Of a DNA stretch of 64,000 nt, positions 33,695 through 46,135 are shown one piece after another. This DNA is from Escherichia coli (GTDB lineage: Bacteria > Pseudomonadota > Gammaproteobacteria > Enterobacterales > Enterobacteriaceae). The position numbers and the translations under genes are program-made. How positions within the stretch are numbered: position 1 is the stretch's first letter; each line of letters begins with the position of its first letter. The notes beneath the pieces were generated by a model. The model searched no databases. It saw only the letters and a list, made by a program, of their open reading frames with translations, and had not been told where the DNA came from. The stretch is taken from assembly GCF_051903065.1 (NCBI RefSeq), contig NZ_CP178438.1; one strand, 5' to 3'.

Positions 33695-35221
33695 TTAAGA
33701 CAAACGTGGGTAAATACCCGGACCTATCGGCAGACCGACAAGATACCACGCCAGCAACATCAGCAGCCATACCACCAAAAAGATAAGTGGATAGGGCAAG
33801 ACTAACGAATAGTAAGTACCCAGTTTCGCGTCTGGTTTGTAGCGTTGCAGGAATCCAAGAAACAGTGGAACAAAAGGAGATACTGGCGCTAAAGGCAATA
33901 CGGATGAGTCGGCAATACGAAAGAGGATTTGCGCAAATGCCGGGTGAAAGCCAAGTAGCATAAACATTGGTACGAAAATGGGGGCCAGTATCGACCAGAT
34001 TGCGGAACCGCTGGCGATAAACATGCATAAGAAAGAGGAAAGCAACGCCAGACCGACAAACGCCGGGATGCCGCTAAGCCCTGAACTTTCCAGTATATCG
34101 GTCAGCCCCACGGCGATGAATTTCCCCATGTTGCTCCAGTTAAACATGGCGACAAATTGGGCGAGGGGAAAAACCATCACGATAAATCCCGCCATCTCTT
34201 TCATCGGTTCAATCATTAAATGCGGTAAATCCGCCTGACGTCGAATTGTGCGGGTAGCGATGCCATAAGCCAGCGAGACAACAAAGAAAAAAAGAATGAT
34301 CAGTGGCACGATACCTTTAATAAAGGGTGATGGCATCACGGTGTGATTAATCGGATCGCGTAATATCCCGTTTTCCGGGATCACCATCAGCGCAATCGCA
34401 GCAATAAAAAGTAGCGATACGACACCTGCTATGCGTAAACCAAAACGCTGACTTTCGGTCAATGTCTGCAGTTTCTCATCGCTGTTTCCCTGCCATTGAC
34501 CTAACCGTGGCTCGATGATTTTGTCGGTTATCAGGCCGCCAACAATCGTCAGTACGACTACGGAGCTGGCCATAAAATACCAGTTATCAATTACACTGAC
34601 GTGCATTTGCGGATTGAACGCAGCCGCCGCTTCCGTGCTGATCCCCGACAGCAACACGTCGGTTGTGACAATCAGTAAATTAGCCGTAAAGCCGCAACCT
34701 ACGCCTGCAATGGCAGCCAGTAAACCTGCAACTGGATGCCTGCCCACCGCCAGAAAAATCAGCGCACCCATCGGTGGCATGATCACTAACGCCGCATCGG
34801 AAGAAATGTGGCTGAAAAAAGCAATAAACAGCACCATATAACTGGCGTAGCGGGCATTAACATGCGATGCCATTTTAACCATTAGCGCTGGCAGTAAGCC
34901 GACGCGCTCCGCCAGACCGGCACCTAAAACCAGCGCCAGGATCGCACCAAGTGGAGCAAAACCGCTAAAGTTTTTAATAACATTGGGTAAAAACCAGTGT
35001 AATCCTTCAACACTGAGCAGGTTTTTCACCACCACCGGCGTACCATCGGTCGGGTTTTTCGCACTGACGCCAAAGGCCGACAAAATTGCCGTCGTCACCA
35101 TGAGTACGATAATCAAATAGATAAAGAGCAAAAAAGGATGGGGAACCTTGTTACCAATTCTTTCGACCCAGCCATAGAGCTTCCCGGATTGGGAGGACGA
35201 CGGTATGGATGACATACTCAT
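33695..35221 (-). CDS. abgT: p-Aminobenzoyl-glutamate transporter (AbgT family, about 508 aa)
   Basis: Large polytopic membrane protein; position upstream in the abgA/abgB operon on the minus strand. Confidence 0.85.
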   Translation of the reverse strand: MSMSSIPSSSQSGKLYGWVERIGNKVPHPFLLFIYLIIVLMVTTAILSAFGVSAKNPTDGTPVVVKNLLSVEGLHWFLPNVIKNFSGFAPLGAILALVLGAGLAERVGLLPALMVKMASHVNARYASYMVLFIAFFSHISSDAALVIMPPMGALIFLAVGRHPVAGLLAAIAGVGCGFTANLLIVTTDVLLSGISTEAAAAFNPQMHVSVIDNWYFMASSVVVLTIVGGLITDKIIEPRLGQWQGNSDEKLQTLTESQRFGLRIAGVVSLLFIAAIALMVIPENGILRDPINHTVMPSPFIKGIVPLIILFFFVVSLAYGIATRTIRRQADLPHLMIEPMKEMAGFIVMVFPLAQFVAMFNWSNMGKFIAVGLTDILESSGLSGIPAFVGLALLSSFLCMFIASGSAIWSILAPIFVPMFMLLGFHPAFAQILFRIADSSVLPLAPVSPFVPLFLGFLQRYKPDAKLGTYYSLVLPYPLIFLVVWLLMLLAWYLVGLPIGPGIYPRLS

Positions 35222-35257
35222 GGGCATTCCTCGGTTGTTGTGTTTGCGTTGTTGTTG

Positions 35258-36692
35258 TTATTTTAAAGGTGACGGTGTCACGTTTTTCGGGATAGGGCAG
35301 TGGTACGGTTGCGTGTCCGTTACTTGCTGATGCTCTTGTTGGCATTCTTGCAATAGCCCTGAATCAAGGAAGAGATTGACTGTGGTTGCTGCCATAGTTT
35401 TCGCCGCCAGCAGCATTCCTTTATGAGCAATAGATGTTCGCCCCTGGCTAACCAGTTGCCACGTATGTAGGGGTGTACCGACGGCAAAACAGGGGCTGAA
35501 ACACTGGGCAACAGGCAGTTTCCAACTGACGTCGCCGACATCAGTCGATGCCGCAAGCACGTTATCGGTGGCGGCATATGGAGCGACTTCATTCGCCAGT
35601 ACCGTTTCACGATGACGTAGTGCAAAAACCTTGCCGTTTTCGCCACCGGTTGCGGCGATATTATTCAGACTGTTTTGCCGATCGTTGGAGGTGAGCGTAG
35701 CCTGAATTTGTTTCGCAAAAGCCAGTTCTTCGGAGTTCCATTCCGGGGTACCAAAATGGGATAGGGCCTGGTACATGGCATTTTCTAAGGTGCGATTCGG
35801 GAGATAACTGGAACAGGCTTTGTCGAAGCGGCATTCAACCTTGGTTTCGGTCATCAATGCCGCACCTTCGGCGATTTTGGCGACCCGATCATAAATATGC
35901 TGCACGTCGGTCATTTCGGGGGCGCGGATAAGATAAAGCACTTCTGCCTGCGCCTGGACCACGTTGGGCGAGATCCCGCCGCTATTTGTGATGGCATAGT
36001 GTACGCGCGCTTTTTCAATAATATGTTCGTTGAGGAAGTTGGTGCCAGTGGTCATCAACGTTACGGCATCAAGGGCGCTGCGTCCCAAATGAGGGGAATT
36101 CGCGGCATGTGCTGCGATCCCTTTAAAGCGCCATGATGCCTGAATGTTTGCCAGCGTGCGGGTATTGAACATACCGGCAAAGGCTTCCGGGTGCCAGGTG
36201 AGTGCCGCATCCACATCATCAAATACCCCCTCGCGAACCATGAACGTTTTACCCGAGCCGCCTTCTTCGCCAGGACAACCATAAAAGCGCACCGTGCCGC
36301 CTTGCCCATATTGTTCCAGCCATTTCTTGACGGCTATTGCAGCGGCAAAGGCGGCGGTTCCCAGCAAATTGTGTCCGCAACCGTGACCATTTTCACCGGG
36401 CGTCACGGATGTAGGTTGCGCGCAACCTGCTTGCTGACTTAAACCTGCCAGGGCGTCATATTCTCCCAGCAGGGCGATAACCGGTTTGCCTTGACCAAAC
36501 GAAGCAATAAAGGCATTTGGGATATTGCCTACGGGTGAAGCCTGCAGATTCCAGCGCCGAAGCCAGATGCTCCGCTGACCAGAACTCTTCAAAACGTGTT
36601 TCTGGATGATCCCAGATTTGATCGGCAATATCGGTATAACGTTGGCGATCGGCTTCAATCGCATCGTCGATAAAACGATAGATTTCCTGCAT
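35258..36692 (-). pseudogene. abgB: p-Aminobenzoyl-glutamate hydrolase subunit B (M20 peptidase), frameshifted near 36533
   Basis: N-terminal 78-aa ORF (36456..36692, MQEIYRFIDDAIEADRQRYTDIADQIWDHPETRFEEFWSAEHLASALESAGFT…) switches frame into the 468-aa ORF (35258..36664, …VGNIPNAFIASFGQGKPVIALLGEYD…). Confidence 0.75.
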
Positions 36693-38002
36693 CAGATACC
36701 TCGCGTCCAGGGAAAATTGAGCGCGGTGCGCGCCAGCGTTTCGACGGCAATAGCGAGAACCTGCTCGTCAAAATCGAATTTTTCGTTGTGATGACCTGCC
36801 GCCAGCTGTGTGCCAAACACCACGTAGGAGGCTTGCCCTTGATGTTGCTGCACGCGGGCCATCATTAATGTGGCATCTTCGGAACCCGCAGGCGCTTCAA
36901 CACGTTCAATGGCCTGATTAACCCCCGCTACCTGAGCCGCCTGACTTTGCAACCATGCGACCCATTGCGGCGAAGGAGAACTGGCGGTAGCTGCACCCAT
37001 CAGACGAGTTTCAACGCCGACACCATACATGGTTGCTGCGCCCTGAATCGCTTGTTGTGCACGGTCAAAAACATATTGATTAATGACGTCGCTGGCCCCG
37101 CGTGTTTCCACTTTCAGCAACGCCGAGGCAGGAACAACATTACGACCGCTTCCTGCCTGCATAACGCCCACGTTTACTCTGGAAGCGCCTTCGCTGTGCG
37201 GGGCGATTGCATGTAGAGCAAGAGTTGCTTGTGCTGCCGCCAACAAGGCATTGTGACCGTCTTCTGGTTTTGCGCCTGCGTGAGCGGCGGTCCCGGTGAA
37301 GTGCGCGTCAAATTTGGTGGTTGCCATAAAATTATCACTGCCGCACACCACGGTGCCCGCAGGTACGCCAGTGCCAATGTGCACGGCAGTAAAATAATCA
37401 ACATCATCTACGACACCTGCATCGACCATCGCCCGCGCGCCACGCGTACCTTCTTCTGCAGGTTGAAAAATCAGTTTGATGATGCCATGTAGTCCGGACT
37501 CGAACTGTTTAAGGGTATGCGCCAGCCCAAGCCCAATGGCGGTATGCCCATCATGACCACAGGCATGCATCATTCCGGCGTTACATGACGCAAAACCGTC
37601 GCGGTAGGGGCGATGGCTGACATCCTGCTCTTCACTGAGATCCAGCGCGTCCATATCGACACGGAAAGCCATCACCGGACCGGGGCGACCGGTATCCAGG
37701 GTGGCGACGATACCCGTGAAACCACCTTCAAAAGCCGCAATCCATTGTGCTAGCGCACCCTGTTGACGAGCGCGCTCGAATTCGCGTTGTAGAGTGAGTT
37801 CATCAGGTAGTCCCATCCGACTACTTTCATTAACTACTTCGCGGCCCAGCGCCAGTGAATAGCCGAGCTGCTGCAATTCTTCCGCAACAAGGGTGGCAGT
37901 GCGGAATTCCACCCAGCCAGACTCTGCATAGTGATGAAAATCACGTCGCCAGTGCGATAATTTTGGGGCAAGCGAATTAACAAATTGATTCAAAGACTCC
38001 AT
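36692..38002 (-). CDS. abgA: p-Aminobenzoyl-glutamate hydrolase subunit A (M20 peptidase, 436 aa)
   Basis: Met giving MESLNQFVNSLAPKLSHWRRDFHHYAESGW…; M20 family. Confidence 0.85.
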   Translation of the reverse strand: MESLNQFVNSLAPKLSHWRRDFHHYAESGWVEFRTATLVAEELQQLGYSLALGREVVNESSRMGLPDELTLQREFERARQQGALAQWIAAFEGGFTGIVATLDTGRPGPVMAFRVDMDALDLSEEQDVSHRPYRDGFASCNAGMMHACGHDGHTAIGLGLAHTLKQFESGLHGIIKLIFQPAEEGTRGARAMVDAGVVDDVDYFTAVHIGTGVPAGTVVCGSDNFMATTKFDAHFTGTAAHAGAKPEDGHNALLAAAQATLALHAIAPHSEGASRVNVGVMQAGSGRNVVPASALLKVETRGASDVINQYVFDRAQQAIQGAATMYGVGVETRLMGAATASSPSPQWVAWLQSQAAQVAGVNQAIERVEAPAGSEDATLMMARVQQHQGQASYVVFGTQLAAGHHNEKFDFDEQVLAIAVETLARTALNFPWTRGI

Positions 38003-38177
38003 AACCTTTCCCGTCATCAGTAAAAAGTGTGACCCGGTTCACGTAGCGATAGTTTTTACTTATCACTAACTGATTTTTCACAGTTTTAACCGTTCATAAA
38101 TTACCCTGACACAATCATCTGCATTAAAGTAGATGCCAGTTTCTTTGGTCTGATAAATAACGGTTATCGGTGGCGTC

Positions 38178-39086
38178 ATGGCTTTTCAGGTAAAAATTCA
38201 TCAAATTCGGGCTTTTGTTGAAGTGGCTCGTCAGGGCAGCATTCGCGGAGCGAGCCGAATGTTGAATATGTCGCAACCGGCACTGAGTAAATCTATTCAG
38301 GAGCTGGAAGAAGGGTTAGCGGCGCAACTCTTTTTTCGCCGTAGTAAAGGTGTGACGTTAACTGATGCCGGTGAAAGTTTTTATCAGCACGCCAGTCTTA
38401 TTCTTGAAGAGCTGCGCGCAGCCCAAGAGGATATTCGCCAACGACAAGGGCAACTGGCAGGGCAGATTAATATCGGCATGGGGGCCAGTATTTCCCGCAG
38501 TCTGATGCCAGCTGTCATATCTCGTTTTCATCAGCAGCATCCGCAGGTAAAAGTACGCATTATGGAAGGGCAACTGGTGTCGATGATTAATGAATTGCGT
38601 CAGGGAGAATTGGATTTCACCATCAATACCTATTATCAGGGACCGTACGACCACGAATTTACTTTTGAGAAATTACTGGAAAAGCAATTCGCGATCTTTT
38701 GCCGCCCGGGACACCCCGCCATTGGTGCCCGTTCGATCAAACAGTTACTGGATTACAGCTGGACAATGCCGACGCCACACGGCAGCTACTACAAACAGTT
38801 GAGTGAATTGCTTGACGATCAGGCGCAAACGCCACAGGTCGGTGTAGTCTGCGAGACGTTCTCAGCCTGTATCAGTCTGGTGGCAAAAAGCGATTTTCTC
38901 AGCATACTGCCTGAAGAAATGGGCTGCGATCCCTTGCACGGACAGGGGCTGGTGATGTTGCCGGTTAGCGAAATTTTACCGAAAGCGGCCTATTATTTGA
39001 TTCAGCGGCGTGATAGTCGCCAGACACCACTGACCGCGTCATTAATCACGCAATTCCGGCGAGAATGCGGCTATCTGCAAAGTTAA
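38178..39086 (+). CDS. abgR: LysR-family regulator AbgR (302 aa)
   Basis: LysR HTH at N-terminus; divergent from abgA. Confidence 0.85.
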   Translation: MAFQVKIHQIRAFVEVARQGSIRGASRMLNMSQPALSKSIQELEEGLAAQLFFRRSKGVTLTDAGESFYQHASLILEELRAAQEDIRQRQGQLAGQINIGMGASISRSLMPAVISRFHQQHPQVKVRIMEGQLVSMINELRQGELDFTINTYYQGPYDHEFTFEKLLEKQFAIFCRPGHPAIGARSIKQLLDYSWTMPTPHGSYYKQLSELLDDQAQTPQVGVVCETFSACISLVAKSDFLSILPEEMGCDPLHGQGLVMLPVSEILPKAAYYLIQRRDSRQTPLTASLITQFRRECGYLQS

Positions 39087-39094
39087 AACTGCAT

Positions 39095-39188
39095 AAAAAA
39101 ATAGAGTCTGTCGACATCCGCCAGACTCTACAGTACACACAGCAGTGCATCCGCGTCTTAAATCCGGCATTGTCTCCTCTGCGCCGGT
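39095..39188 (-). ncRNA. mcaS: sRNA McaS (IsrA)
   Basis: Minus-strand sequence ACCGGCGCAGAGGAGACAATGCCGGATTTAAGACGCGGATGCACTGCTGTGTGTACTGTAGAGTCTGGCGGATGTCGACAGACTCTATTTTTTT matches my memory of McaS; terminal hairpin plus T-run on the minus strand. Confidence 0.75.
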
Positions 39189-39415
39189 GACTGTGTTATA
39201 ACGGTTTTAACCTTTAGTTGCCAATTTTCTTCAGTGACAGATTTCACGAAAATATAAGTTACATTATTAATATCGTGAATGAATAATCATGCATAAGCAT
39301 TTTGCTTAAAATATCGGCAATATTTGGAACTTATTACTGGAATTTTGGGTAATACGTTGTTGGACCGACCCGGTCTGGTTATCATATCGCGCTCTTAATT
39401 GCGGGAGGATGTAAC

Positions 39416-39979
39416 ATGAACCTTGACGACAAATCGCTGTTTCTTGACGCCATGGAAGATGTCCAGCCGCTGAAACGTGCTACCGATGTCCACTGGCATC
39501 CAACGCGTAACCAACGTGCGCCGCAGCGTATCGACACGCTGCAGCTTGATAATTTCCTCACTACCGGATTTCTCGACATTATCCCGCTAAGTCAGCCGCT
39601 GGAGTTTCGGCGGGAAGGGTTGCAACATGGGGTGCTGGATAAGCTGCGTAGTGGTAAATATCCGCAACAGGCGAGCCTGAATCTTTTGCGCCAGCCGGTG
39701 GAAGAGTGCCGCAAAATGGTGTTCAGTTTCATTCAACAAGCCCTGGCGGATGGTTTGCGTAACGTGCTGATTATTCATGGTAAAGGGCGGGATGATAAAT
39801 CGCATGCCAATATTGTCCGCAGCTATGTGGCGCGCTGGCTGACCGAATTTGATGATGTTCAGGCATATTGCACCGCACTACCGCATCATGGCGGCAGCGG
39901 GGCGTGTTACGTCGCACTACGTAAAACGGCGCAGGCGAAGCAAGAAAACTGGGAGCGCCACGCTAAGCGCAGTCGTTGA
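39416..39979 (+). CDS. smrA: Smr-domain DNA endonuclease (187 aa)
   Basis: Smr-domain sequence (LIIHGKGR region); position after abgR. Confidence 0.8.
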   Translation: MNLDDKSLFLDAMEDVQPLKRATDVHWHPTRNQRAPQRIDTLQLDNFLTTGFLDIIPLSQPLEFRREGLQHGVLDKLRSGKYPQQASLNLLRQPVEECRKMVFSFIQQALADGLRNVLIIHGKGRDDKSHANIVRSYVARWLTEFDDVQAYCTALPHHGGSGACYVALRKTAQAKQENWERHAKRSR

Positions 39980-39999
39980 TCTCGAGACGCATCCGCGGC

Positions 40000-41232
40000 T
40001 TATGCCGCCAGCACGCGGTTGCGTCCATCATTTTTCGCCCGATACAAAGCATCATCAACGCGTTTAAACAGTTCATCGATGCTTTCATTTCCTTCGTGAT
40101 GCGCCACACCAATGCTGACGGTAAAGCGTGGTAAGCCCGAAATACTCACTTTTGCCACGCTTACGCGGATAGTTTCAGCCAGCGAAAGTGCAGTATCCAG
40201 TGGGGTTCTTGGTAGCAATAAGACAAACTCTTCGCCTCCCCAACGAAACACCAAATCGCCTTTGCGAGCGCAACTTTCGAGGGTGCGGGCGAGGGCGCAT
40301 AACACCTCATCACCTTTAGAATGCCCATAGAGATCGTTAATGTGTTTAAAACGATCGGTGTCGATGAGCAACAAGCTGTAATCCTGAGCGATGGCGAGAT
40401 GCTGCATTTGGCCTGGTTCCGTAATGTGATAAAACTGTCGCCGATTCAGTAATCCGGTCATCGCGTCATGGTGAGCAGCATGTTCCAGCTGCTCCTCCAG
40501 CCGTTTTTGCTCAGTAATATCATGCACAATACATAACATGAGCTTGTCGCCATAAATTTCAATCGGTCCGGCATAGGTCTGCACATGACGAGTAGAACCA
40601 TCCGCCAGCCTATGAATAAAATTCAAAGGCTTATGACCACCGGGTAAATGCGAGATTTCATGCATGATAGGCATGACGCGACGCCCGAGCATATTAATTT
40701 CCCATGTATGTTTCTGGCACATCGTTTCATGGTTATAACCATAGAAATTGAGCGCGGCGAGGTTAGCATCGACGATTTGGCCATCTCGTGAGGGGTCAAT
40801 CAACAACATTGGTGCAGAGTTAGTCAGAAAAAAGCGCGCATAAAAACCTTGTTTTTTGCGCTGATAATTTGCCGAGCGACTGGCTTTTAAACCCAGCGTT
40901 GTCGGCGCTTCGATTCCTTCGAAAATAATCACCGGTTCTGCTTCTGTCAGCTTTCGCAAAACAAGCCGACAGCTCAATGCTGTTTCCTCTTCATTGCGCT
41001 GAACGGTGAGGATTTCGATAATATCGTGTTGGTTTTGCAGATCGGAGAGGTATTTCGGCAGTTCTTTTTGTGAGGAGACGGAATAGGGACCGGTTCGTAG
41101 CTGACTAAACGTGAGGTCTTGCATCAACAGTCGCGCCGCGCTATTGGCATAAATTAACTGTTCCTCAAAGGGCGAAACGATCCAGACAGGACTGGTGAGT
41201 AAGTCCAGGGTATTGAAGTTGTGCGTAATCAT
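40000..41232 (-). CDS. dgcM: Diguanylate cyclase with PAS domains (410 aa)
   Basis: GGDEF motif (RWGGEEF) in the C-terminal domain; N-terminal PAS-like region. Confidence 0.85.
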   Translation of the reverse strand: MITHNFNTLDLLTSPVWIVSPFEEQLIYANSAARLLMQDLTFSQLRTGPYSVSSQKELPKYLSDLQNQHDIIEILTVQRNEEETALSCRLVLRKLTEAEPVIIFEGIEAPTTLGLKASRSANYQRKKQGFYARFFLTNSAPMLLIDPSRDGQIVDANLAALNFYGYNHETMCQKHTWEINMLGRRVMPIMHEISHLPGGHKPLNFIHRLADGSTRHVQTYAGPIEIYGDKLMLCIVHDITEQKRLEEQLEHAAHHDAMTGLLNRRQFYHITEPGQMQHLAIAQDYSLLLIDTDRFKHINDLYGHSKGDEVLCALARTLESCARKGDLVFRWGGEEFVLLLPRTPLDTALSLAETIRVSVAKVSISGLPRFTVSIGVAHHEGNESIDELFKRVDDALYRAKNDGRNRVLAA

Positions 41233-41465
41233 TGAGATCCCATTATTTTTATCAATTTTTGTTGCTATCCGATCGCAATAAAGTCACGTCATATGATCAG
41301 ATAATTCTGATAATGATAGACGCTATTTAACACTTCACACGGTTTGTATACGGAAAAGCATTTTGCTTTTTGTATTCAATTTAGACAGAATTTTATTAAT
41401 CATTTCAGGGTAATGGGGTGATGAGATGTTGCGTAACAGGGCCAGAAGGCTAGACTACAAAATAA

Positions 41466-42470
<1,005 letters not shown>

Positions 42471-42516
42471 CAAAAGCAATTTTTCCGGCTGTCTGTATAC
42501 AAAAACGCCGCAAAGT

Positions 42517-42530
42517 TTGAGCGAAGTCAA
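42517..42530. promoter_or_regulatory. FNR activation site for fnrS
   Basis: TTGAGCGAAGTCAA (TTGAT-N4-ATCAA-like) centred about 42 bp upstream of the predicted fnrS 5' end. Confidence 0.6.
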
Positions 42531-42565
42531 TAAACTCTCTACCCATTCAGGGCAATATCTCTCTT

Positions 42566-42687
42566 GCAGGTGAATGCAACGTCAAGCGATGGGCGTTGCG
42601 CTCCATATTGTCTTACTTCCTTTTTTGAATTACTGCATAGCACAATTGATTCGTACGACGCCGACTTTGATGAGTCGGCTTTTTTTT
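42566..42687 (+). ncRNA. fnrS: sRNA FnrS
   Basis: GCAGGTGAATGCAACGTCAAGCGATGGGCGTTGCGCTCCATATTGTCTTACTTCC… ending in hairpin gccgactttgatgagtcggc plus T7; matches my memory of FnrS and its location between zntB and dbpA. Confidence 0.8.
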
Positions 42688-42947
42688 GCCTGTTATTTAT
42701 CAGCGTCTACCCTTTAAGAGTCCACCCAATGACCAGAGGGAAATATGACGACACTTATTTATTTGCAAATTCCTGTCCCTGAACCGATTCCTGGCGATCC
42801 TGTTCCAGTGCCCGATCCGATCCCTCGCCCGCAACCCATGCCTGACCCACCACCCGATGAAGAACCGATTAAATTGTCGCATCGTGAACGTAGATCTGCG
42901 AGGATACGCGCCTGCTAACTTTGCGTCGATGACCACGAGAATAGATT

Positions 42948-44321
42948 GTGACCGCTTTTTCTACCCTGAATGTTTTGCCTCCCGCCCAACTCACGAACCT
43001 TAATGAGTTGGGTTATTTAACCATGACGCCGGTGCAGGCCGCCGCGCTTCCGGCGATCCTTGCCGGAAAAGATGTTCGCGTGCAGGCGAAAACCGGCAGC
43101 GGCAAAACGGCGGCTTTTGGCCTCGGCTTGTTACAGCAAATTGATGCGTCGCTATTTCAAACCCAGGCTTTAGTGCTGTGTCCTACGCGTGAACTGGCGG
43201 ATCAGGTGGCAGGTGAATTGCGTCGGCTGGCGCGTTTTCTGCCAAATACCAAAATTTTGACGTTGTGCGGTGGTCAACCGTTCGGTATGCAGCGTGATTC
43301 GTTGCAACATGCGCCGCATATTATCGTGGCAACGCCGGGTCGTTTGCTGGATCACTTGCAAAAAGGCACGGTATCACTGGATGCGCTGAATACTTTGGTG
43401 ATGGATGAGGCCGACCGCATGCTGGATATGGGATTTAGCGATGCCATTGATGATGTCATCCGTTTTGCGCCTGCATCTCGACAGACGCTTCTGTTTTCGG
43501 CAACCTGGCCGGAAGCCATCGCTGCAATCAGCGGACGAGTGCAACGCGATCCTTTGGCGATTGAAATTGACTCAACAGATGCTTTGCCACCCATTGATCA
43601 ACAATTTTATGAGACATCCAGTAAAGGCAAAATTCCTCTGTTGCAACGGTTATTAAGCTTGCATCAGCCATCCTCTTGCGTGGTGTTTTGCAATACCAAA
43701 AAAGATTGCCAGGCTGTCTGCGACGCGCTGAATGAAGTAGGGCAAAGTGCATTGTCATTACACGGCGATTTGGAGCAACGCGATCGTGATCAGACCTTGG
43801 TACGTTTTGCTAACGGTAGCGCCCGTGCACTGGTCGCGACTGATGTTGCTGCGCGTGGTCTGGATATTAAATCGCTTGAGCTGGTGGTGAACTTTGAGCT
43901 GGCGTGGGACCCTGAAGTTCATGTACATCGCATCGGTCGTACAGCTCGTGCAGGAAATAGCGGTCTGGCGATCAGTTTCTGTGCTCCGGAAGAAGCACAG
44001 CGGGCCAATATCATTTCTGACATGTTGCAGATAAAACTTAACTGGCAAACGCCGCCAGCTAATAGTTCCATTGTGACGCTGGAAGCAGAAATGGCAACGT
44101 TGTGTATCGATGGCGGGAAAAAAGCCAAAATGCGCCCGGGTGATGTATTAGGTGCACTGACAGGAGATATCGGGCTTGATGGCGCAGATATTGGCAAAAT
44201 CGCCGTGCATCCGGCGCATGTCTATGTCGCGGTCCGTCAGGCTGTTGCTCATAAAGCATGGAAACAGTTACAGGGCGGGAAGATTAAAGGAAAAACGTGC
44301 CGGGTGCGGTTATTAAAATAA
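42948..44321 (+). CDS. dbpA: ATP-dependent RNA helicase DbpA (DEAD box, 457 aa)
   Basis: GTG start; Walker A AKTGSGKT, DEAD motif (VMDEAD), SAT, HRIGRTAR. Confidence 0.9.
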   Translation: MTAFSTLNVLPPAQLTNLNELGYLTMTPVQAAALPAILAGKDVRVQAKTGSGKTAAFGLGLLQQIDASLFQTQALVLCPTRELADQVAGELRRLARFLPNTKILTLCGGQPFGMQRDSLQHAPHIIVATPGRLLDHLQKGTVSLDALNTLVMDEADRMLDMGFSDAIDDVIRFAPASRQTLLFSATWPEAIAAISGRVQRDPLAIEIDSTDALPPIDQQFYETSSKGKIPLLQRLLSLHQPSSCVVFCNTKKDCQAVCDALNEVGQSALSLHGDLEQRDRDQTLVRFANGSARALVATDVAARGLDIKSLELVVNFELAWDPEVHVHRIGRTARAGNSGLAISFCAPEEAQRANIISDMLQIKLNWQTPPANSSIVTLEAEMATLCIDGGKKAKMRPGDVLGALTGDIGLDGADIGKIAVHPAHVYVAVRQAVAHKAWKQLQGGKIKGKTCRVRLLK

Positions 44322-44332
44322 TGAAATGTTGA

Positions 44333-44440
44333 ATTGCCGGGTGCAAGAGTAAACATCTTATTCGGGATTGCCGGATGCGACGCTGGCCGCGTCTTATCCG
44401 GCCTCCATAAGAGTAGCCCGATACGCTTGCGCATCGGGCG
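44333..44440. repeat. REP/BIME cluster between dbpA and ttcA
   Basis: Several gccggatgcgacgctggccgcgtcttatccggcc-type palindromic units. Confidence 0.7.
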
Positions 44441-44449
44441 CTATCCTGG

Positions 44450-45385
44450 TTATTTCACTTCAACCACATTCAGCCGTAACTCATCCAACTGATTTTCATC
44501 TTCTTCTGGCTGCCAGCCCGCCGGTTGTAGTGGGATCTCTTCGCGATCAAACGCCAGATCACCCCCGTTAACCACTTCAGAACCGTGGGTGATGCCTTTG
44601 AAATCGAACAGGTTGGTATCGCACAGATGCGACGGCACCACATTCTGCATCGCGCTGAACATCGTCTCGATACGCCCTGGATAACGTTTATCCCAGTCAC
44701 GCAACATGTCAGCAATCACCTGACGTTGCAGGTTAGGCTGTGAACCGCACAGGTTGCACGGAATAATCGGGAACGCTTTTGCATCGGCAAATCGCTGAAT
44801 ATCTTTCTCGCGGCAGTAGGCCAGCGGACGAATAACGATATGTTTGCCATCATCGCTCATCAGTTTCGGAGGCATACCTTTCATCTTGCCGCCGTAGAAC
44901 ATATTTAAGAACAACGTTTGCAGGATATCGTCACGATGGTGGCCCAACGCGATCTTCGTCGCCCCCAGTTCCGTTGCGGTGCGATAAAGGATACCGCGAC
45001 GTAGCCGAGAACACAGTGAGCAAGTGGTTTTGCCCTCTGGAATCTTCTCTTTCACGATACCGTAAGTGTTCTCTTCAACAATCTTGTACTCAACGCCCAG
45101 CTTTTCAAGATACTCGGGCAGAACGTGTTCCGGGAAGCCCGGTTGCTTTTGATCGAGGTTAACAGCCACCAGCGAAAAATTGATTGGCGCGCTTTGCTGC
45201 AAATTGCGCAGAATCTCCAGCATGGTATAGCTGTCTTTACCCCCGGAGAGGCAAACCATGATGCGATCGCCTTCTTCAATCATATTGAAGTCAGCAATGG
45301 CTTCGCCCACGTTACGACGCAGGCGTTTTTGTAATTTGTTCAGATTGTATTGTTCTTTCTTGCTAATTTCTTGATTTTGCGACAT
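44450..45385 (-). CDS. ttcA: tRNA 2-thiocytidine(32) synthetase TtcA (311 aa)
   Basis: PP-loop motif (SGGKDS) and CxxC pairs. Confidence 0.9.
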   Translation of the reverse strand: MSQNQEISKKEQYNLNKLQKRLRRNVGEAIADFNMIEEGDRIMVCLSGGKDSYTMLEILRNLQQSAPINFSLVAVNLDQKQPGFPEHVLPEYLEKLGVEYKIVEENTYGIVKEKIPEGKTTCSLCSRLRRGILYRTATELGATKIALGHHRDDILQTLFLNMFYGGKMKGMPPKLMSDDGKHIVIRPLAYCREKDIQRFADAKAFPIIPCNLCGSQPNLQRQVIADMLRDWDKRYPGRIETMFSAMQNVVPSHLCDTNLFDFKGITHGSEVVNGGDLAFDREEIPLQPAGWQPEEDENQLDELRLNVVEVK

Positions 45386-45526
45386 TTAAAAGCGACTCAA
45401 TTCGTTATATGGCATCAGAAGAGTATGCGTCATGCCGGAACGCCCAGCATAAGAAATCTGATATAAAAACTGTGGCGTGTATGGTACGGATTAGAGGGGA
45501 AAATGTCAGCACATTTGCGAAATGAA

Positions 45527-45555
45527 TCAAAAAGCCCGCAGCAATGTGCGGGCGT
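45527..45555 (-). terminator. Rho-independent terminator of uspF
   Basis: Minus-strand gcccgcacattgctgcgggc followed by TTTTT just downstream of the uspF stop. Confidence 0.6.
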
Positions 45556-45560
45556 TAGTG

Positions 45561-46076
<516 letters not shown>

Positions 46077-46099
46077 TTAGATCAAAGGAGGAAGAATAA

Positions 46100-46128
46100 G
46101 CAGAAAAAGCCCGCCATAACAGCGGGCA
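46100..46128 (-). terminator. Rho-independent terminator of ompN
   Basis: Minus-strand gcccgctgttatggcgggc followed by TTTTT. Confidence 0.6.
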
Positions 46129-46135
46129 GGAGGAT

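Noticed and set aside
35258-35400. Apparent N-terminal extension of the large abgB ORF (MRLKPIANVIPILP…)
   Set aside because: This is out-of-frame read-through upstream of the frameshift, not real coding sequence; the true N-terminus is the ORF at 36456..36692.
42564-42782. 72-aa ORF overlapping FnrS
   Set aside because: The region is better explained by the FnrS sRNA with its FNR-dependent promoter and terminator.
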